Positions 39,630 to 49,431 of a stretch of DNA of 64,000 nt are shown here, piece after piece (positions within the stretch are counted from its first letter, which is position 1; every line of letters starts with the position of its first letter). Where the stretch lies: the NCBI GenBank assembly GCA_018970395.1, contig JAGWWM010000007.1, positions 14,839 to 78,838 on the forward strand, given 5' to 3'. Source of the DNA: Bacteroidota bacterium. Lineage in GTDB: Bacteria > Bacteroidota > Bacteroidia > Chitinophagales > Chitinophagaceae. Position numbers and translations under genes: made by a program. Below the pieces are notes generated by a model. The model was not told the DNA's origin. It did not search any database and saw only the letters and a program-made list of their open reading frames with translations.

Positions 39630-41210
39630 ATGAGATATATCTACTTTTTTTTATTCATCACAGCTTCTGTTATTTGTCATGCACAACAAGTGATGGATGC
39701 CTATCTGATGTTCCCCATGCAAACCAGCGGCAGCGCGCGAATTGCGGCAATGGGTGGAAGCAGTACCGCATTGGGAGGAGATATCAGTACTTTATTTCAT
39801 AACCCTGCAGGGCTCTCCCAATACAGGACGAATGAAGTAGTATTCAGTCCGGGATTCAGACTGAATCAATTGCGAACCAACTATAACGAGAAGGACTTTT
39901 CGGATCAAAAAAACACATTGAATATCGGAGCCTCCGGCATCGTTATGAGTACTGCTCATTATAAAAAAAATAAACTTGTGCGAACCAACTGGGGCATCGC
40001 GTTCAATCAAACTGCCAACTTCAATTCACGATTGCAATTCAACGGCATCAATCAAACCAGTTCGTTTTCAGAAAAATGGGTGGAAGAATTAATCGCTAAT
40101 AATATCAGAAATTTTGATGACGCCTTATTTTTCTCTCCGGCAGGAGCCAGTCTGGCGGTAGAAAATTATCTGGTTGATTCTATTTTGGATAACAATGTTA
40201 TTACAGGATATCGCTCCAATGCAATTAAGAATGCGCCATTTTCATTGTCTCAATCTTTTTCCCAACAAATATCCGGAAGCGCCAATGAACTGGCCTTGGG
40301 GTTTTCACGCAACCAATCAGAAAAGTTTTTCTATGGAATGACGCTGGGTATTCCCTTTTTCAGAAGAGTCGAAACTTTAACGGTTGAGGAGAAAGATTTA
40401 AGTGGTAATACTGACAATGACTTTGAGCAATTCCGGTTTACTGAAACGATCAGCACTATCGGAACCGGATTCTTACTAAGAGCAGGCTTGTTATACAAAC
40501 CGATTGATCGGGTTAGAATCGGCTTAAATCTCCAATCGCCCTCTTTTTATACGCTTACCAGGAGCATCGATGCAAGACTGGAAACATCGGTTGAAAATTA
40601 TGCGCGAAAAATCAACAATGATAATACCCGACCTCAACAGTTTTCTGCCAGCACTCAGGATATTACCGGAGGTACCAATTACAGTTATGACTACCAGGTA
40701 ATCACTCCATGGACCGCCGCAATTGCGATAGCTTATGTTTTCAGAGAAACAGAAAATGTAAAACAGCAAAGGGGAATGATTACAGCGGAAGCTGAGTTTG
40801 TCAATCACCGGGGCACTCGTTTCTCTACAGCACAAAACAATAGTAATGTACAATTCAATCAATACTTTCAGGTGTTGAATAATCAAATTCGTTCTTTTTA
40901 CCGACCGGCACTCAATTTCAGGATTGGAGGAGAATTGAAATTTAACACCCTCATGTTCAGAGGAGGATTTCAATACCTTCAAAGTCCATTTGAAAATGCG
41001 AGGGAATCATTCGGCATAAAAGGTTATCGCATAATCCCTTCCATTGGCGCAGGCTACCGGGATAAAGGTATTTTTCTGGATTTAACTTACAGTCACTTAA
41101 TAGGAGATCAAATTTATTTTCCCTACATTCTTCAGGATAATGCTTATCCTTTCGCTCGATCACAGGCAAGAAACGGACAAATACTCGCTACGGTAGGGTT
41201 TAAGTTTTAA
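39630..41210 (+). CDS. OmpP1/FadL-family outer-membrane transporter
   Basis: GSARIAAMGG, ALGGD, NPAGL, C-terminal TVGFKF. Confidence 0.85.
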   Translation: MRYIYFFLFITASVICHAQQVMDAYLMFPMQTSGSARIAAMGGSSTALGGDISTLFHNPAGLSQYRTNEVVFSPGFRLNQLRTNYNEKDFSDQKNTLNIGASGIVMSTAHYKKNKLVRTNWGIAFNQTANFNSRLQFNGINQTSSFSEKWVEELIANNIRNFDDALFFSPAGASLAVENYLVDSILDNNVITGYRSNAIKNAPFSLSQSFSQQISGSANELALGFSRNQSEKFFYGMTLGIPFFRRVETLTVEEKDLSGNTDNDFEQFRFTETISTIGTGFLLRAGLLYKPIDRVRIGLNLQSPSFYTLTRSIDARLETSVENYARKINNDNTRPQQFSASTQDITGGTNYSYDYQVITPWTAAIAIAYVFRETENVKQQRGMITAEAEFVNHRGTRFSTAQNNSNVQFNQYFQVLNNQIRSFYRPALNFRIGGELKFNTLMFRGGFQYLQSPFENARESFGIKGYRIIPSIGAGYRDKGIFLDLTYSHLIGDQIYFPYILQDNAYPFARSQARNGQILATVGFKF

Positions 41211-41271
41211 TTCACTGGGGCATAGCCCCCGCCCTGAACGGCCCCACCCTAAAGGGTGGGGTTAATGAATT
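41209..41271. repeat. GC-rich REP-like double hairpin / bidirectional terminator
   Basis: GGGGC-ATA-GCCCC and CCCCACCC-TAAA-GGGTGGGG, bracketed by AATTCA/TGAATT, between convergent genes. Confidence 0.7.
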
Positions 41272-41279
41272 GGACTCAT

Positions 41280-42188
41280 TTAACTAACATAATCTATTAA
41301 CCCTGAAACATCATCCTGATGAAATGAACTTGCCTTCAGTTGGTGCTTAAACCAGGTGACCTGACGTTTTGCAAAATGGCGCGTATGCTGCTTGATTTTA
41401 TCAACTGCTTCCTCGATAGAAATTTTACCTTCGATATGTGCAAACAACTCAGTGTATCCTACTGTTTGCAACGCGTTCAGATTCCGACAATCAAATAAAG
41501 CCTGCACTTCTTCCAACAATCCGTTTTGCATCATAATATCTACCCGATGATTGATTCTTTCATAGAGTGCCGCTCTGGGTAATTCCAGATAAACAGGAAT
41601 CATATCAAATGGTCTTTGCTTCGGAGATTTTGACTGAAAAGAGAGAATTGACTTACCTGTGGTTTTTGCCACCTCCAGCGCGCGCATGAGTCTTTGTGGA
41701 TTTTGTAAAGGGTGCGAAGCAGCATAGAGCGGATCATGATTTTTGATTTCATTGACCAACCATTCCAAGCCGTAGTGGATATAGTTAGCCTGAATCTCTT
41801 CTCTTACAATCGGATCAACTTGAGGAATATCATCCAAACCTTCCATGATTGCTTTTACATACAAACCGGTGCCGCCTGCCACCACCACGATATCATTTTG
41901 TTTAAAAAGATTTGTTAGCAGCGAAAGCGCAAAAGACTCAAAATCGGCTGCGGTCACCGAATCATGAATGGAATGAGAAGCGATAAAATGATGAGGAACT
42001 ATCTTTAATTCTTCGGGCGAAGGACGCGCTACTCCAATATTTAATTCACGATAACATTGTCTTGAATCTGCAGAAATTATTTCAGTTTGAAAATGCTTGG
42101 CCACTCGAATAGCGAGAGCCGTTTTACCTACGGCGGTTGGGCCGACAATTATTATGACTTTTTTTTTGAAGTGTTCTCTCTGTGTCAT
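41280..42188 (-). CDS. miaA: tRNA dimethylallyltransferase
   Basis: GPTAVGKT, SADSRQ, GGTGLY, QTVGY, TRHFAKRQVTWF. Confidence 0.96.
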   Translation of the reverse strand: MTQREHFKKKVIIIVGPTAVGKTALAIRVAKHFQTEIISADSRQCYRELNIGVARPSPEELKIVPHHFIASHSIHDSVTAADFESFALSLLTNLFKQNDIVVVAGGTGLYVKAIMEGLDDIPQVDPIVREEIQANYIHYGLEWLVNEIKNHDPLYAASHPLQNPQRLMRALEVAKTTGKSILSFQSKSPKQRPFDMIPVYLELPRAALYERINHRVDIMMQNGLLEEVQALFDCRNLNALQTVGYTELFAHIEGKISIEEAVDKIKQHTRHFAKRQVTWFKHQLKASSFHQDDVSGLIDYVS

Positions 42189-42297
42189 CGGATCTTAGAG
42201 TCTTTGTGTTGACTTTTCATTTTTTATCACAGAGGCTCGGAGGCTCAGATACACAGAGTAAAACGCTCTGCGTCTTTGCGTCTTAGTGTCTCTGTGT
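42178..42297. repeat. Octamer-periodic inverted arrays (4+4+4 units), locus 1
   Basis: ctctgtgt catcggat cttagagt ctttgtgt | cacagagg ctcggagg ctcagata cacagagt | ctctgcgt ctttgcgt cttagtgt ctctgtgt. Confidence 0.85.
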
Positions 42298-42320
42298 TTA
42301 AAAATCGTTAGAGAGAATTA

Positions 42321-42887
42321 TCAAAACGTGTCTGACTGGTCTTCCTCAAATCCCTCTTCCTCTTCACTTGCACCCTCTTCATCCTCGCCCTCTTCCCCAT
42401 AACCCTCGTCTCCCGCATTCAAATCATATTTTTCTTCCACTTCCGTTAATCTGGCGGTAACCATGTCTTTTGTACCGTACTGACTAGGGCCAATACCTTC
42501 TTTTCGGACAATAACAGGATATTCTGTATCGGCACCCTCTTCTTTGATTACCTGAATAAGTGCGATAAGGAAAGACCAGCCTTTTACAAAATCATATTCG
42601 TAGATAAATTTCTGATCCGGAACTTTCACTTCACTGCCCAATGTGGTTTCCTTCATCAGTAAAGGAGGTGCTTTATAAGCCTTATCATATTGCTCAAAAG
42701 AAATCTCCCTCCCCTTCTGCCACTGATCATTACTTCGGTAGAAAGTTGCCTGATGTTTGGTATCAAACTCATACGCCTTCAGAATACTGAAATGCAGGTC
42801 TTCAAAAGTCTGTTGATGCCGAATAAGTATATCACGATAAGTAGCATCATCTTCTTCCCAATAAATTCGGAATTTTAACAAAGCCAT
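42321..42887 (-). CDS. Conserved hypothetical protein (pRiA4b ORF-3-like) with acidic tail
   Basis: RDI.I...QTFEDLH..I..AYEFD, FIYEYDF...W, D/E-rich C-terminus. Confidence 0.7.
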   Translation of the reverse strand: MALLKFRIYWEEDDATYRDILIRHQQTFEDLHFSILKAYEFDTKHQATFYRSNDQWQKGREISFEQYDKAYKAPPLLMKETTLGSEVKVPDQKFIYEYDFVKGWSFLIALIQVIKEEGADTEYPVIVRKEGIGPSQYGTKDMVTARLTEVEEKYDLNAGDEGYGEEGEDEEGASEEEEGFEEDQSDTF

Positions 42888-42964
42888 GGAGAAAAAATTT
42901 TAGCTGACCGGCAATACAAAGAAGGCAGAATCAGTAGAATAAACCAGACGTAAAGTTAAAAGTA

Positions 42965-44383
42965 TTATTGAATCGGTACAAGATTTAATTCTCTTCCTTT
43001 TTGCAACATATAAGCGTAGGCAGCTTCATAAGACTGATCAATGGCGCCATCCAGCATGGCATCCTTAATGGCATTTTTGATATCGCCGACTATTTTGCAG
43101 GGATGCAATCCAAATGTTTTCATAATTAATTCGCCCGTTACCGGAGGTTGCCAGTTTCTGATATGATCCTTTTCTTCCACCTCCTTACAACGCATTCTTA
43201 CCAGTTCAAAATTTTGAAGATATCGCTTTACTTTGTAGGCATTTTTGGAGGTGATATCCGCCTCACAGAGATGCATAAGCGATTCAAAATCTTCTCCCGC
43301 ATCATACAATAATCTGCGGATGGCGGAATCAGTTATATTTTCTTTGGTGAGGCTAATCGGTCTTAAATGCAATTCTACCAGCTTCTGAACGAATTTCATT
43401 TTTTCATTCGCCGGGAGTTTGAGCTGATTAAAAATACCCGGAACCATTCTTGCCCCTACTACTTCATGACCGTGAAAAGTCCAGCCATGCCCTTGCTCAA
43501 ATCGTTTGGTCTTAGGTTTGCCGATATCGTGAAGAATAGCAGCCCAACGCAACCAAAGATCATTCGTAACTCGGGCGATGTTATCGAGCACCTGAAGGGT
43601 GTGATAAAAATTATCTTTATGCCCTTTTCCGTCAATGTATTCCGCTCCAGCCAATGCTACCATTTGAGGAAAAAATAGTTGAAGCAGGCCGCTTTTGAAC
43701 AAGAGATCAAATCCATAGGAAGGTTTTTTGCAGAGAATAATTTTATTGATTTCATCTGCAATACGTTCTTTGGAAATGATTTTCAACCGATCTGCGGAAG
43801 CAAGAATGCCTTCCCATGTTTTATCCTCAATGTCGAATTGGAGTTGATTGGCAAAACGGATGGCGCGCAGCATACGAAGAGGATCATCGCTAAAAGTTTG
43901 TTCCGGCTGCAGCGGCGTTCGGATGATTTTATTTTGCAGATCGTTGATTCCCCCAAAAGTATCCAGCAGTTCTCCAAAGTTTTGATGATTCAAAGAGATG
44001 GCTAAAGTGTTGATCGTAAAATCTCTTCGGTGCTGGTCATCTTCAATCGTACCCGGAGAAACATCGGGTTTTCGACTTTGATTGCGATAGCTTTCTTTTC
44101 TTGCCCCTACAAATTCGAGATCGTATGTGTCAAAACGAATGTGAGCAGTGCCAAAATTTTTGAAATAGGAAATATGCGCATGAGGACCTAGTGAAGCAGC
44201 AATTTTCTCTGCCAGCAACAATCCATCTCCCACACATACGAAATCCATATCCTTACAAGGACGATCCAATATTTTATCGCGTACAAATCCACCCACCGCA
44301 TAACAGACCATGCCCAACTGATCGGCATACTTGCCGACTGTTTGCAGTAATGAAGTTTCTTCTTTTGTAAATGAAATATTCAT
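42965..44383 (-). CDS. cca: CCA tRNA nucleotidyltransferase / HD-domain protein
   Basis: VGGFVRD, DMDF, RRDFTIN, DDPLRMLRA, LHDIGK, ADIT. Start MNISF chosen. Confidence 0.9.
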   Translation of the reverse strand: MNISFTKEETSLLQTVGKYADQLGMVCYAVGGFVRDKILDRPCKDMDFVCVGDGLLLAEKIAASLGPHAHISYFKNFGTAHIRFDTYDLEFVGARKESYRNQSRKPDVSPGTIEDDQHRRDFTINTLAISLNHQNFGELLDTFGGINDLQNKIIRTPLQPEQTFSDDPLRMLRAIRFANQLQFDIEDKTWEGILASADRLKIISKERIADEINKIILCKKPSYGFDLLFKSGLLQLFFPQMVALAGAEYIDGKGHKDNFYHTLQVLDNIARVTNDLWLRWAAILHDIGKPKTKRFEQGHGWTFHGHEVVGARMVPGIFNQLKLPANEKMKFVQKLVELHLRPISLTKENITDSAIRRLLYDAGEDFESLMHLCEADITSKNAYKVKRYLQNFELVRMRCKEVEEKDHIRNWQPPVTGELIMKTFGLHPCKIVGDIKNAIKDAMLDGAIDQSYEAAYAYMLQKGRELNLVPIQ

Positions 44384-44388
44384 TGGTG

Positions 44389-44396
44389 CAAAAGTA
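44389..44396 (-). promoter_or_regulatory. -7 promoter of cca
   Basis: TACTTTTG on the minus strand. Confidence 0.65.
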
Positions 44397-44413
44397 GGAA
44401 AGATGAGAGCAAT

Positions 44414-44458
44414 GTTGAGAGTTGAATGTTGTAAGTTGGAGGTTGTAGGTTGAAGGTT
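44414..44458. repeat. Heptamer array (GTTGNNN x6)
   Basis: gttgaga gttgaat gttgtaa gttggag gttgtag gttgaag gtt. Confidence 0.85.
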
Positions 44459-44466
44459 TATTTTTG
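44459..44466 (+). promoter_or_regulatory. -7 promoter of dapD
   Basis: TATTTTTG, with a TTG from the heptamer array 20 nt upstream at the -33 position. Confidence 0.65.
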
Positions 44467-44481
44467 CGACAAATTTGAAGC

Positions 44482-45288
44482 ATGCAAACAATCATTCAGG
44501 AAATCTGGAACAATCGGGAATTATTGAAAGAAGAAAAATATAAGGAAGCGATAAAAGCGGTGATTGAAGAGGTGGATAAAGGAAGATTGAGAACAGCCGA
44601 ACCAACAAATGAAGGGTGGAAAGTGAATGAATGGGTAAAGCAGGCCATTCTAATGTATTTTTCTATTCAGGAAATGAAAACCTGGGACGTGGCTCCTTTT
44701 GAATTTTATGACAAAATGCTATTGAAGAAAGACTACAAAAGTCTGGGCGTACGTGCAGTGCCGCATGCGGTAGCGCGTTATGGAGCCTATCTTGGGAAAA
44801 ACGTGGTGTTGATGCCCAGCTATGTAAATATCGGTGCTTATGTGGATGAGGGAACGATGGTAGATACCTGGGCAACAGTGGGAAGCTGCGCCCAGATTGG
44901 TAAAAATGTACATTTAAGCGGCGGTGTTGGAATCGGTGGAGTGCTCGAGCCATTGCAGGCTTCTCCGGTGATCATTGAAGATGGCTGTTTCATTGGCTCC
45001 AGATGTATTGTGGTGGAAGGGGTTATAGTGGAACGTGAAGCGGTTCTTGGCGCTAATGTTGTTCTCACACAATCCACAAAAATCATTGATGTAAGCGGTG
45101 CTGAACCTATTGAAATGAAAGGGAAAGTACCTGCGGGAAGCGTGGTGATTCCCGGCACTTATCAGAAGACATTTCCGGCAGGAACATATGGAGTGAATTG
45201 CGCTTTAATTATTGGAAAAAGGAAAAGCAGTACTGATTTAAAAACATCTCTCAATGATGCGTTAAGAGATTTCAACGTGAGCGTTTAG
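44482..45288 (+). CDS. dapD: Tetrahydrodipicolinate N-succinyltransferase
   Basis: NEWVKQAIL, DTWATVGSCAQIG, GVGIGGVLEP, N.ALRDF. Confidence 0.97.
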   Translation: MQTIIQEIWNNRELLKEEKYKEAIKAVIEEVDKGRLRTAEPTNEGWKVNEWVKQAILMYFSIQEMKTWDVAPFEFYDKMLLKKDYKSLGVRAVPHAVARYGAYLGKNVVLMPSYVNIGAYVDEGTMVDTWATVGSCAQIGKNVHLSGGVGIGGVLEPLQASPVIIEDGCFIGSRCIVVEGVIVEREAVLGANVVLTQSTKIIDVSGAEPIEMKGKVPAGSVVIPGTYQKTFPAGTYGVNCALIIGKRKSSTDLKTSLNDALRDFNVSV

Positions 45289-46281
45289 TGTTTCGATTGC
45301 CACTTTCTTAGGATCTATCAAAGCAGCGCAGCGAAAGTGTTTTTTGGGACAAGCTTCATGACCGTGCAATCCGCATGGTCGGCATTTCAGTCCGGCTTCT
45401 TCCTGAAAAAGATAGGAATTGTCGTTCAATGGCCCAAATCCGAACTCTGGGATAGTAGAACAAAAAATGGCAGCCACAGGGGCATTCATTGCAGTAGCGA
45501 TATGAAGAGGTGCGGAATCATTTACATAATTCATATACGCTTTTTCCATAAGCGCGGCTGATTGCAATAAATTCAACTTGCCACACAAGGAAAAAACATT
45601 TTTACGCTTTACAGTTGAAAGTATCGTTTCACTAACGATTAAATCAACAGGTGCACCCAGCAAGTAAATGGTGAAATTTTCAGGAATGAGATCAATCAGT
45701 TCAATCCATTTTTCCTTAGGCCATTGTTTGGTAAACCATACAGAAGATGGCGCTATACAGATATATGGAGATCGCTGATAAGGAGTTACAAACTGATAGT
45801 CATTCTCTGAAGGATAAAGTCTGGGATTACAACGGGAATCTGAATGTGTCAAATCCGCAATCAAAGTATGATTGCGTTCTGTTTCATGGATAAATGAAGT
45901 CCCTTTCTTTCCCATTTTATGAGGGTAGGATTGACTCATTAAAAAACTCAAGGGATTATTATGGAAACCAATCGTTTTTTGGGCAGCAGACAAAAAAGTA
46001 ATGAATCCCGAACTTGCATAACGATGCAGATTAATGACATAGTCATACTTATTTTTACGAACAGCAGCAATGACCTTAAAAAGATTTCTGATTTTATCAG
46101 TTTTTTTATTCCACACAAGAATCTGATGTAAAAAGGGATGTCCTAGGAAAAGCGCCTCATTGCCTTTTCTTACCAATATATCAATTTGGGCATTCGGCAA
46201 GGCTTGATGTAAAGATTCAAGCGTTGATGTCGCTAAAATGACATCGCCAATGAATGCCGTTTGGATGACTAGGAATTTCAC
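45262..46281 (-). CDS. GT9 heptosyltransferase-like glycosyltransferase
   Basis: TAFIGDVIL, WFTKQWP, NDSAPLHIA, CRPCGLHG..CP. Confidence 0.92.
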   Translation of the reverse strand: MKFLVIQTAFIGDVILATSTLESLHQALPNAQIDILVRKGNEALFLGHPFLHQILVWNKKTDKIRNLFKVIAAVRKNKYDYVINLHRYASSGFITFLSAAQKTIGFHNNPLSFLMSQSYPHKMGKKGTSFIHETERNHTLIADLTHSDSRCNPRLYPSENDYQFVTPYQRSPYICIAPSSVWFTKQWPKEKWIELIDLIPENFTIYLLGAPVDLIVSETILSTVKRKNVFSLCGKLNLLQSAALMEKAYMNYVNDSAPLHIATAMNAPVAAIFCSTIPEFGFGPLNDNSYLFQEEAGLKCRPCGLHGHEACPKKHFRCAALIDPKKVAIETLNAHVEIS

Positions 46282-46334
46282 AAAGCGAATTACGCCAAAA
46301 ATGAGGAAAAAGAAAAAAATATTAATCTAGCTTT

Positions 46335-46817
46335 TCAGGAGGGATCAACAGAGAAAAGCTCATTTCTTCTGAGAATCTGATCTATTTTAAGCTCCACTTC
46401 CTTTTCGCGAACCAGCAAATCCGCCAAAGTAAGTTTATTGAGAAGATTGTCAACCGTATACTGAATCATTTTCCAAAGAGAGCGAGTGCTGCAGTCTACC
46501 GAGTTGGTACATAACTTACCAAGGCCCGTATGTGCATCACAAAATTGTGGATCAAATAATTTTCCTCCCAAAGCTTTCATCGCATCATTGATGACAATTT
46601 CCTCCGCTGGCTTATTCAACACATAACCGCCTTTATTTCCTGGAGTGCTATTGATAATTCCGTTTAGCCGGAGCGTACGACAGATCTTTGCCACATGAGG
46701 TTCTGTTAGCCCTTCTGCCTCGCTCAATTGAGGAATACTTAATCCGGCAGATGAATTGGTTGAAGCAATCCTGATTAATATCCTGATCCCGTATTCTTCT
46801 GTTGCTGTAATTTTCAT
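46335..46817 (-). CDS. Rrf2-family Fe-S-responsive transcriptional regulator
   Basis: EEYGIR, G.KGGY wing, three Cys (FC-x9-C-x5-C). Start MKITA chosen. Confidence 0.92.
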   Translation of the reverse strand: MKITATEEYGIRILIRIASTNSSAGLSIPQLSEAEGLTEPHVAKICRTLRLNGIINSTPGNKGGYVLNKPAEEIVINDAMKALGGKLFDPQFCDAHTGLGKLCTNSVDCSTRSLWKMIQYTVDNLLNKLTLADLLVREKEVELKIDQILRRNELFSVDPS

Positions 46818-46827
46818 TTTCTTTAAT

Positions 46828-47385
46828 TTACTTAATCTCTTGATCAGCCAGGGGATCAACCTGGTACAATTGTTTAAAATAAGTTCTAAGCAATGCTTTT
46901 TCCTCTTCCAAAGTCTTTCTTGTACAATTTTGATTATACACTTCAATTAATGCATCTGCAATGGTACCTGCATCAGTCGTTTCAATCTGATGTCGTTGCA
47001 GGTGCAATAAAACCTTACCGTCTTTCAGTAGAATGATATTAGGGGAAGAAGGCGTAACACCGGGCAAATAATTGGCTCTAAAATGGGCAACTGCTTCTTT
47101 TTCCATACCGGCAAACAAAGTCGCTTTGACATCGGGAACAACATGATTAAAAAAACTTAAAATAGCTCCTGGTCTGCTTACCCTGGCACTGCAACCGCAG
47201 ACACTGTTCAGAACAAGCAGGATTATTTTACCTGGATTATTATTGAAAAGCTGATCTACTTCTTCTGTTGTTGTGAGTTGTTGAAAACCTGCCTCCGCTA
47301 ATTCTTTTCTGTAAGGTGCCACAACCTGTTCGGGATAATTGGGTCCCTGATTGCCCATTAAACTATCTAATGAAATCATTGCCAT
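46828..47385 (-). CDS. BrxA/BrxB-family bacilliredoxin
   Basis: YPEQVVAP.R.EL, NSVCGCSA..SRPG (CGC motif), FAG.EKEAV, PSSP, R..IE. Confidence 0.85.
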   Translation of the reverse strand: MAMISLDSLMGNQGPNYPEQVVAPYRKELAEAGFQQLTTTEEVDQLFNNNPGKIILLVLNSVCGCSARVSRPGAILSFFNHVVPDVKATLFAGMEKEAVAHFRANYLPGVTPSSPNIILLKDGKVLLHLQRHQIETTDAGTIADALIEVYNQNCTRKTLEEEKALLRTYFKQLYQVDPLADQEIK

Positions 47386-47399
47386 ACAAAATATTTTAA

Positions 47400-47720
47400 T
47401 TACATAAATCCTAATTCAAGTGCGGCCACTTCACTCATCATGCTTTTTTCCCATTTGGGCGTCCAGGTGATCATCACATTCACATCCGTCACGCCTTCTA
47501 CCTCCCTCACTTTCTGATCCACTTCCACCGGGAGGGATTGGGCAGCCGGACAGCTTGGAGCGGTTAGTGTCATGGTTATTTGAACATATCCGTTGTCATT
47601 GATATCAACCTTATAGATCAACCCTAAGTCATAAATATTGACCGGCAACTCCGGATCAAAAATAGACTTGAGTTTCTCTATAATCAACTCATTCAGTTGT
47701 ACTTTATCTACAGACATCAT
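47400..47720 (-). CDS. sufT: SufT/DUF59 Fe-S assembly protein
   Basis: DPELPVNIYDLGLIY, MTLTAPSCP, W...MMSE.A. Confidence 0.9.
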   Translation of the reverse strand: MMSVDKVQLNELIIEKLKSIFDPELPVNIYDLGLIYKVDINDNGYVQITMTLTAPSCPAAQSLPVEVDQKVREVEGVTDVNVMITWTPKWEKSMMSEVAALELGFM

Positions 47721-48161
47721 CTATTTATTTAATTGTTGAGCCTGATAAACAGTAGCATCCAGCTTCATTTGCTTCACCATGCTTAACAAACCATTGCTTC
47801 TTGTTTGGGCGAGATGCTGCTTCATACCGATCTGATCAATAAATTCAAGTTTGGCATTAATGATCTCTTCCGGTGTATGTCCACTTAACACGCGAATTAG
47901 CATACTCACTAACCCTTTCACAATCACCGCATCGCTTTCAGCTTTATAATTTACCTTACCATCATTAAAATCGCTTACCATCCATACCGTACTCTGACAA
48001 CCTTTGATTTTATTTTCTTCTTTTTTGTGAATATCATCGAGTGGCTTAAGTTTCTTACCCATATCAATGATATACTCATACTTCTCTTCCCAGGTATCAA
48101 ACAAGGCAAATTCCTCAATGATCTCCTGCTCAGTTTCTAATATAGATTTTACTTCACTCAT
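47721..48161 (-). CDS. sufE: Sulfur acceptor SufE
   Basis: YEYIIDMGK, IKGCQS.VW, SDAVIVKGL, RSNGL. Confidence 0.93.
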   Translation of the reverse strand: MSEVKSILETEQEIIEEFALFDTWEEKYEYIIDMGKKLKPLDDIHKKEENKIKGCQSTVWMVSDFNDGKVNYKAESDAVIVKGLVSMLIRVLSGHTPEEIINAKLEFIDQIGMKQHLAQTRSNGLLSMVKQMKLDATVYQAQQLNK

Positions 48162-49393
48162 CTTAACAACTTAATTGCTTTATTCAATGCCAGAATCATC
48201 ACATCAATTTCCTCCCTTGTATTATACATCGCAAAGCTGGCTCTGATTGTACCCGGGATACCGAACCGTTTCATGAGGGGTTGCGTGCAATGATGCCCGG
48301 TTCTTACGGCTACTCCATTGTTATCTAACAAGATGCCCACATCCTGCGGGTGCACTCCATCAATCACAAAAGAAGCAACGCTCACTTTATGTTGCGCTTG
48401 TCCAATTATCCTTACCCCCTCGATAGACTCTAATTGTTGTGTAGCGTATTGGAGCAATGCATCTTCATGCGCACGAATATTTCCTTTTCCAATTTCACGC
48501 ACAAAATCAATAGCAGCTTTCAATGCAACTGTATCGGCAATATTAGGAGTGCCTGCTTCAAATTTATAGGGCAAATCATTCCAGGTAGATTTTTCAAAAC
48601 TCACCTCACTAATCATTTCTCCTCCTCCGATGAAAGGAGGCATAGCTTCCAAAATAGCTTTTTTGCCATACAAGACTCCAATACCGGTTGGACCATACAC
48701 TTTATGAGAACTGATAGCAAAAAAGTCACAATCTAAATCCTGCACATCAATATCTAAGTGAACGGAAGACTGCGCACCATCCACTAAAACAATCGCCCCT
48801 ATATTATGGGCAGCGGCAATAATTTCCTTGACCGGATTAATGGTTCCCAATGCGTTACTCGCATGAACAATGGAGACCAGTTTTGTTCTCTCTGAGAGTA
48901 ATTTATAATACTCCTCCATCATCAGCTCTCCCTGATCATTGACTGGGATTACTTTTATAATCGCTCCGGTTGATTCTGCAATTAGCTGCCAAGGCACAAT
49001 ATTGCTGTGATGCTCCATTCCGGAAATGATAATCTCGTCTCCTGCTTTCAAATTGGCTTTCCCCCAGCTATAGGCAACAAGATTGATGCTTTCTGTAACG
49101 CCTCTGGTGAAAATAATTTCTTCTCTATGCCCGGCATTAATAAAATCCTTGATAGTATCACGGGTAGCTTCGTAAGCAGCGGTGGCCTCTTCCGCTAAAG
49201 AATGAATACCTCTGTGAATATTGGCATTATAAAGTTTATAGTAATCAGTCAACGCATCAATAACCACCTGCGGTTTTTGCGTGGTGGCGGCATTGTCAAA
49301 ATATACGAGGGGCTTATCTTTCACTTTTCTAATTAGAATAGGGAAAGAGGCGCGAATGGATTCAATATTAAATGTAGTATGTACTGATTGCAT
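48158..49393 (-). CDS. sufS: Cysteine desulfurase SufS
   Basis: DNAATTQKP, EHHSN, SSHK, EAGTP, RTGHHCTQP, RASF. Confidence 0.96.
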   Translation of the reverse strand: MQSVHTTFNIESIRASFPILIRKVKDKPLVYFDNAATTQKPQVVIDALTDYYKLYNANIHRGIHSLAEEATAAYEATRDTIKDFINAGHREEIIFTRGVTESINLVAYSWGKANLKAGDEIIISGMEHHSNIVPWQLIAESTGAIIKVIPVNDQGELMMEEYYKLLSERTKLVSIVHASNALGTINPVKEIIAAAHNIGAIVLVDGAQSSVHLDIDVQDLDCDFFAISSHKVYGPTGIGVLYGKKAILEAMPPFIGGGEMISEVSFEKSTWNDLPYKFEAGTPNIADTVALKAAIDFVREIGKGNIRAHEDALLQYATQQLESIEGVRIIGQAQHKVSVASFVIDGVHPQDVGILLDNNGVAVRTGHHCTQPLMKRFGIPGTIRASFAMYNTREEIDVMILALNKAIKLLR

Positions 49394-49431
49394 TTCTATC
49401 GTTAACGTGTTGTGCTAATGTATTTTATAAT

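Noticed and set aside
42178-42297. Periodic arrays as CRISPR
   Set aside because: Units are 7-8 bp with no unique spacers, and there are no cas genes.
42321-42887. Possible IS passenger or mobile gene (family sometimes labelled IS1096 TnpR)
   Set aside because: There is no transposase or terminal repeat, and it sits in a housekeeping cca-miaA run.
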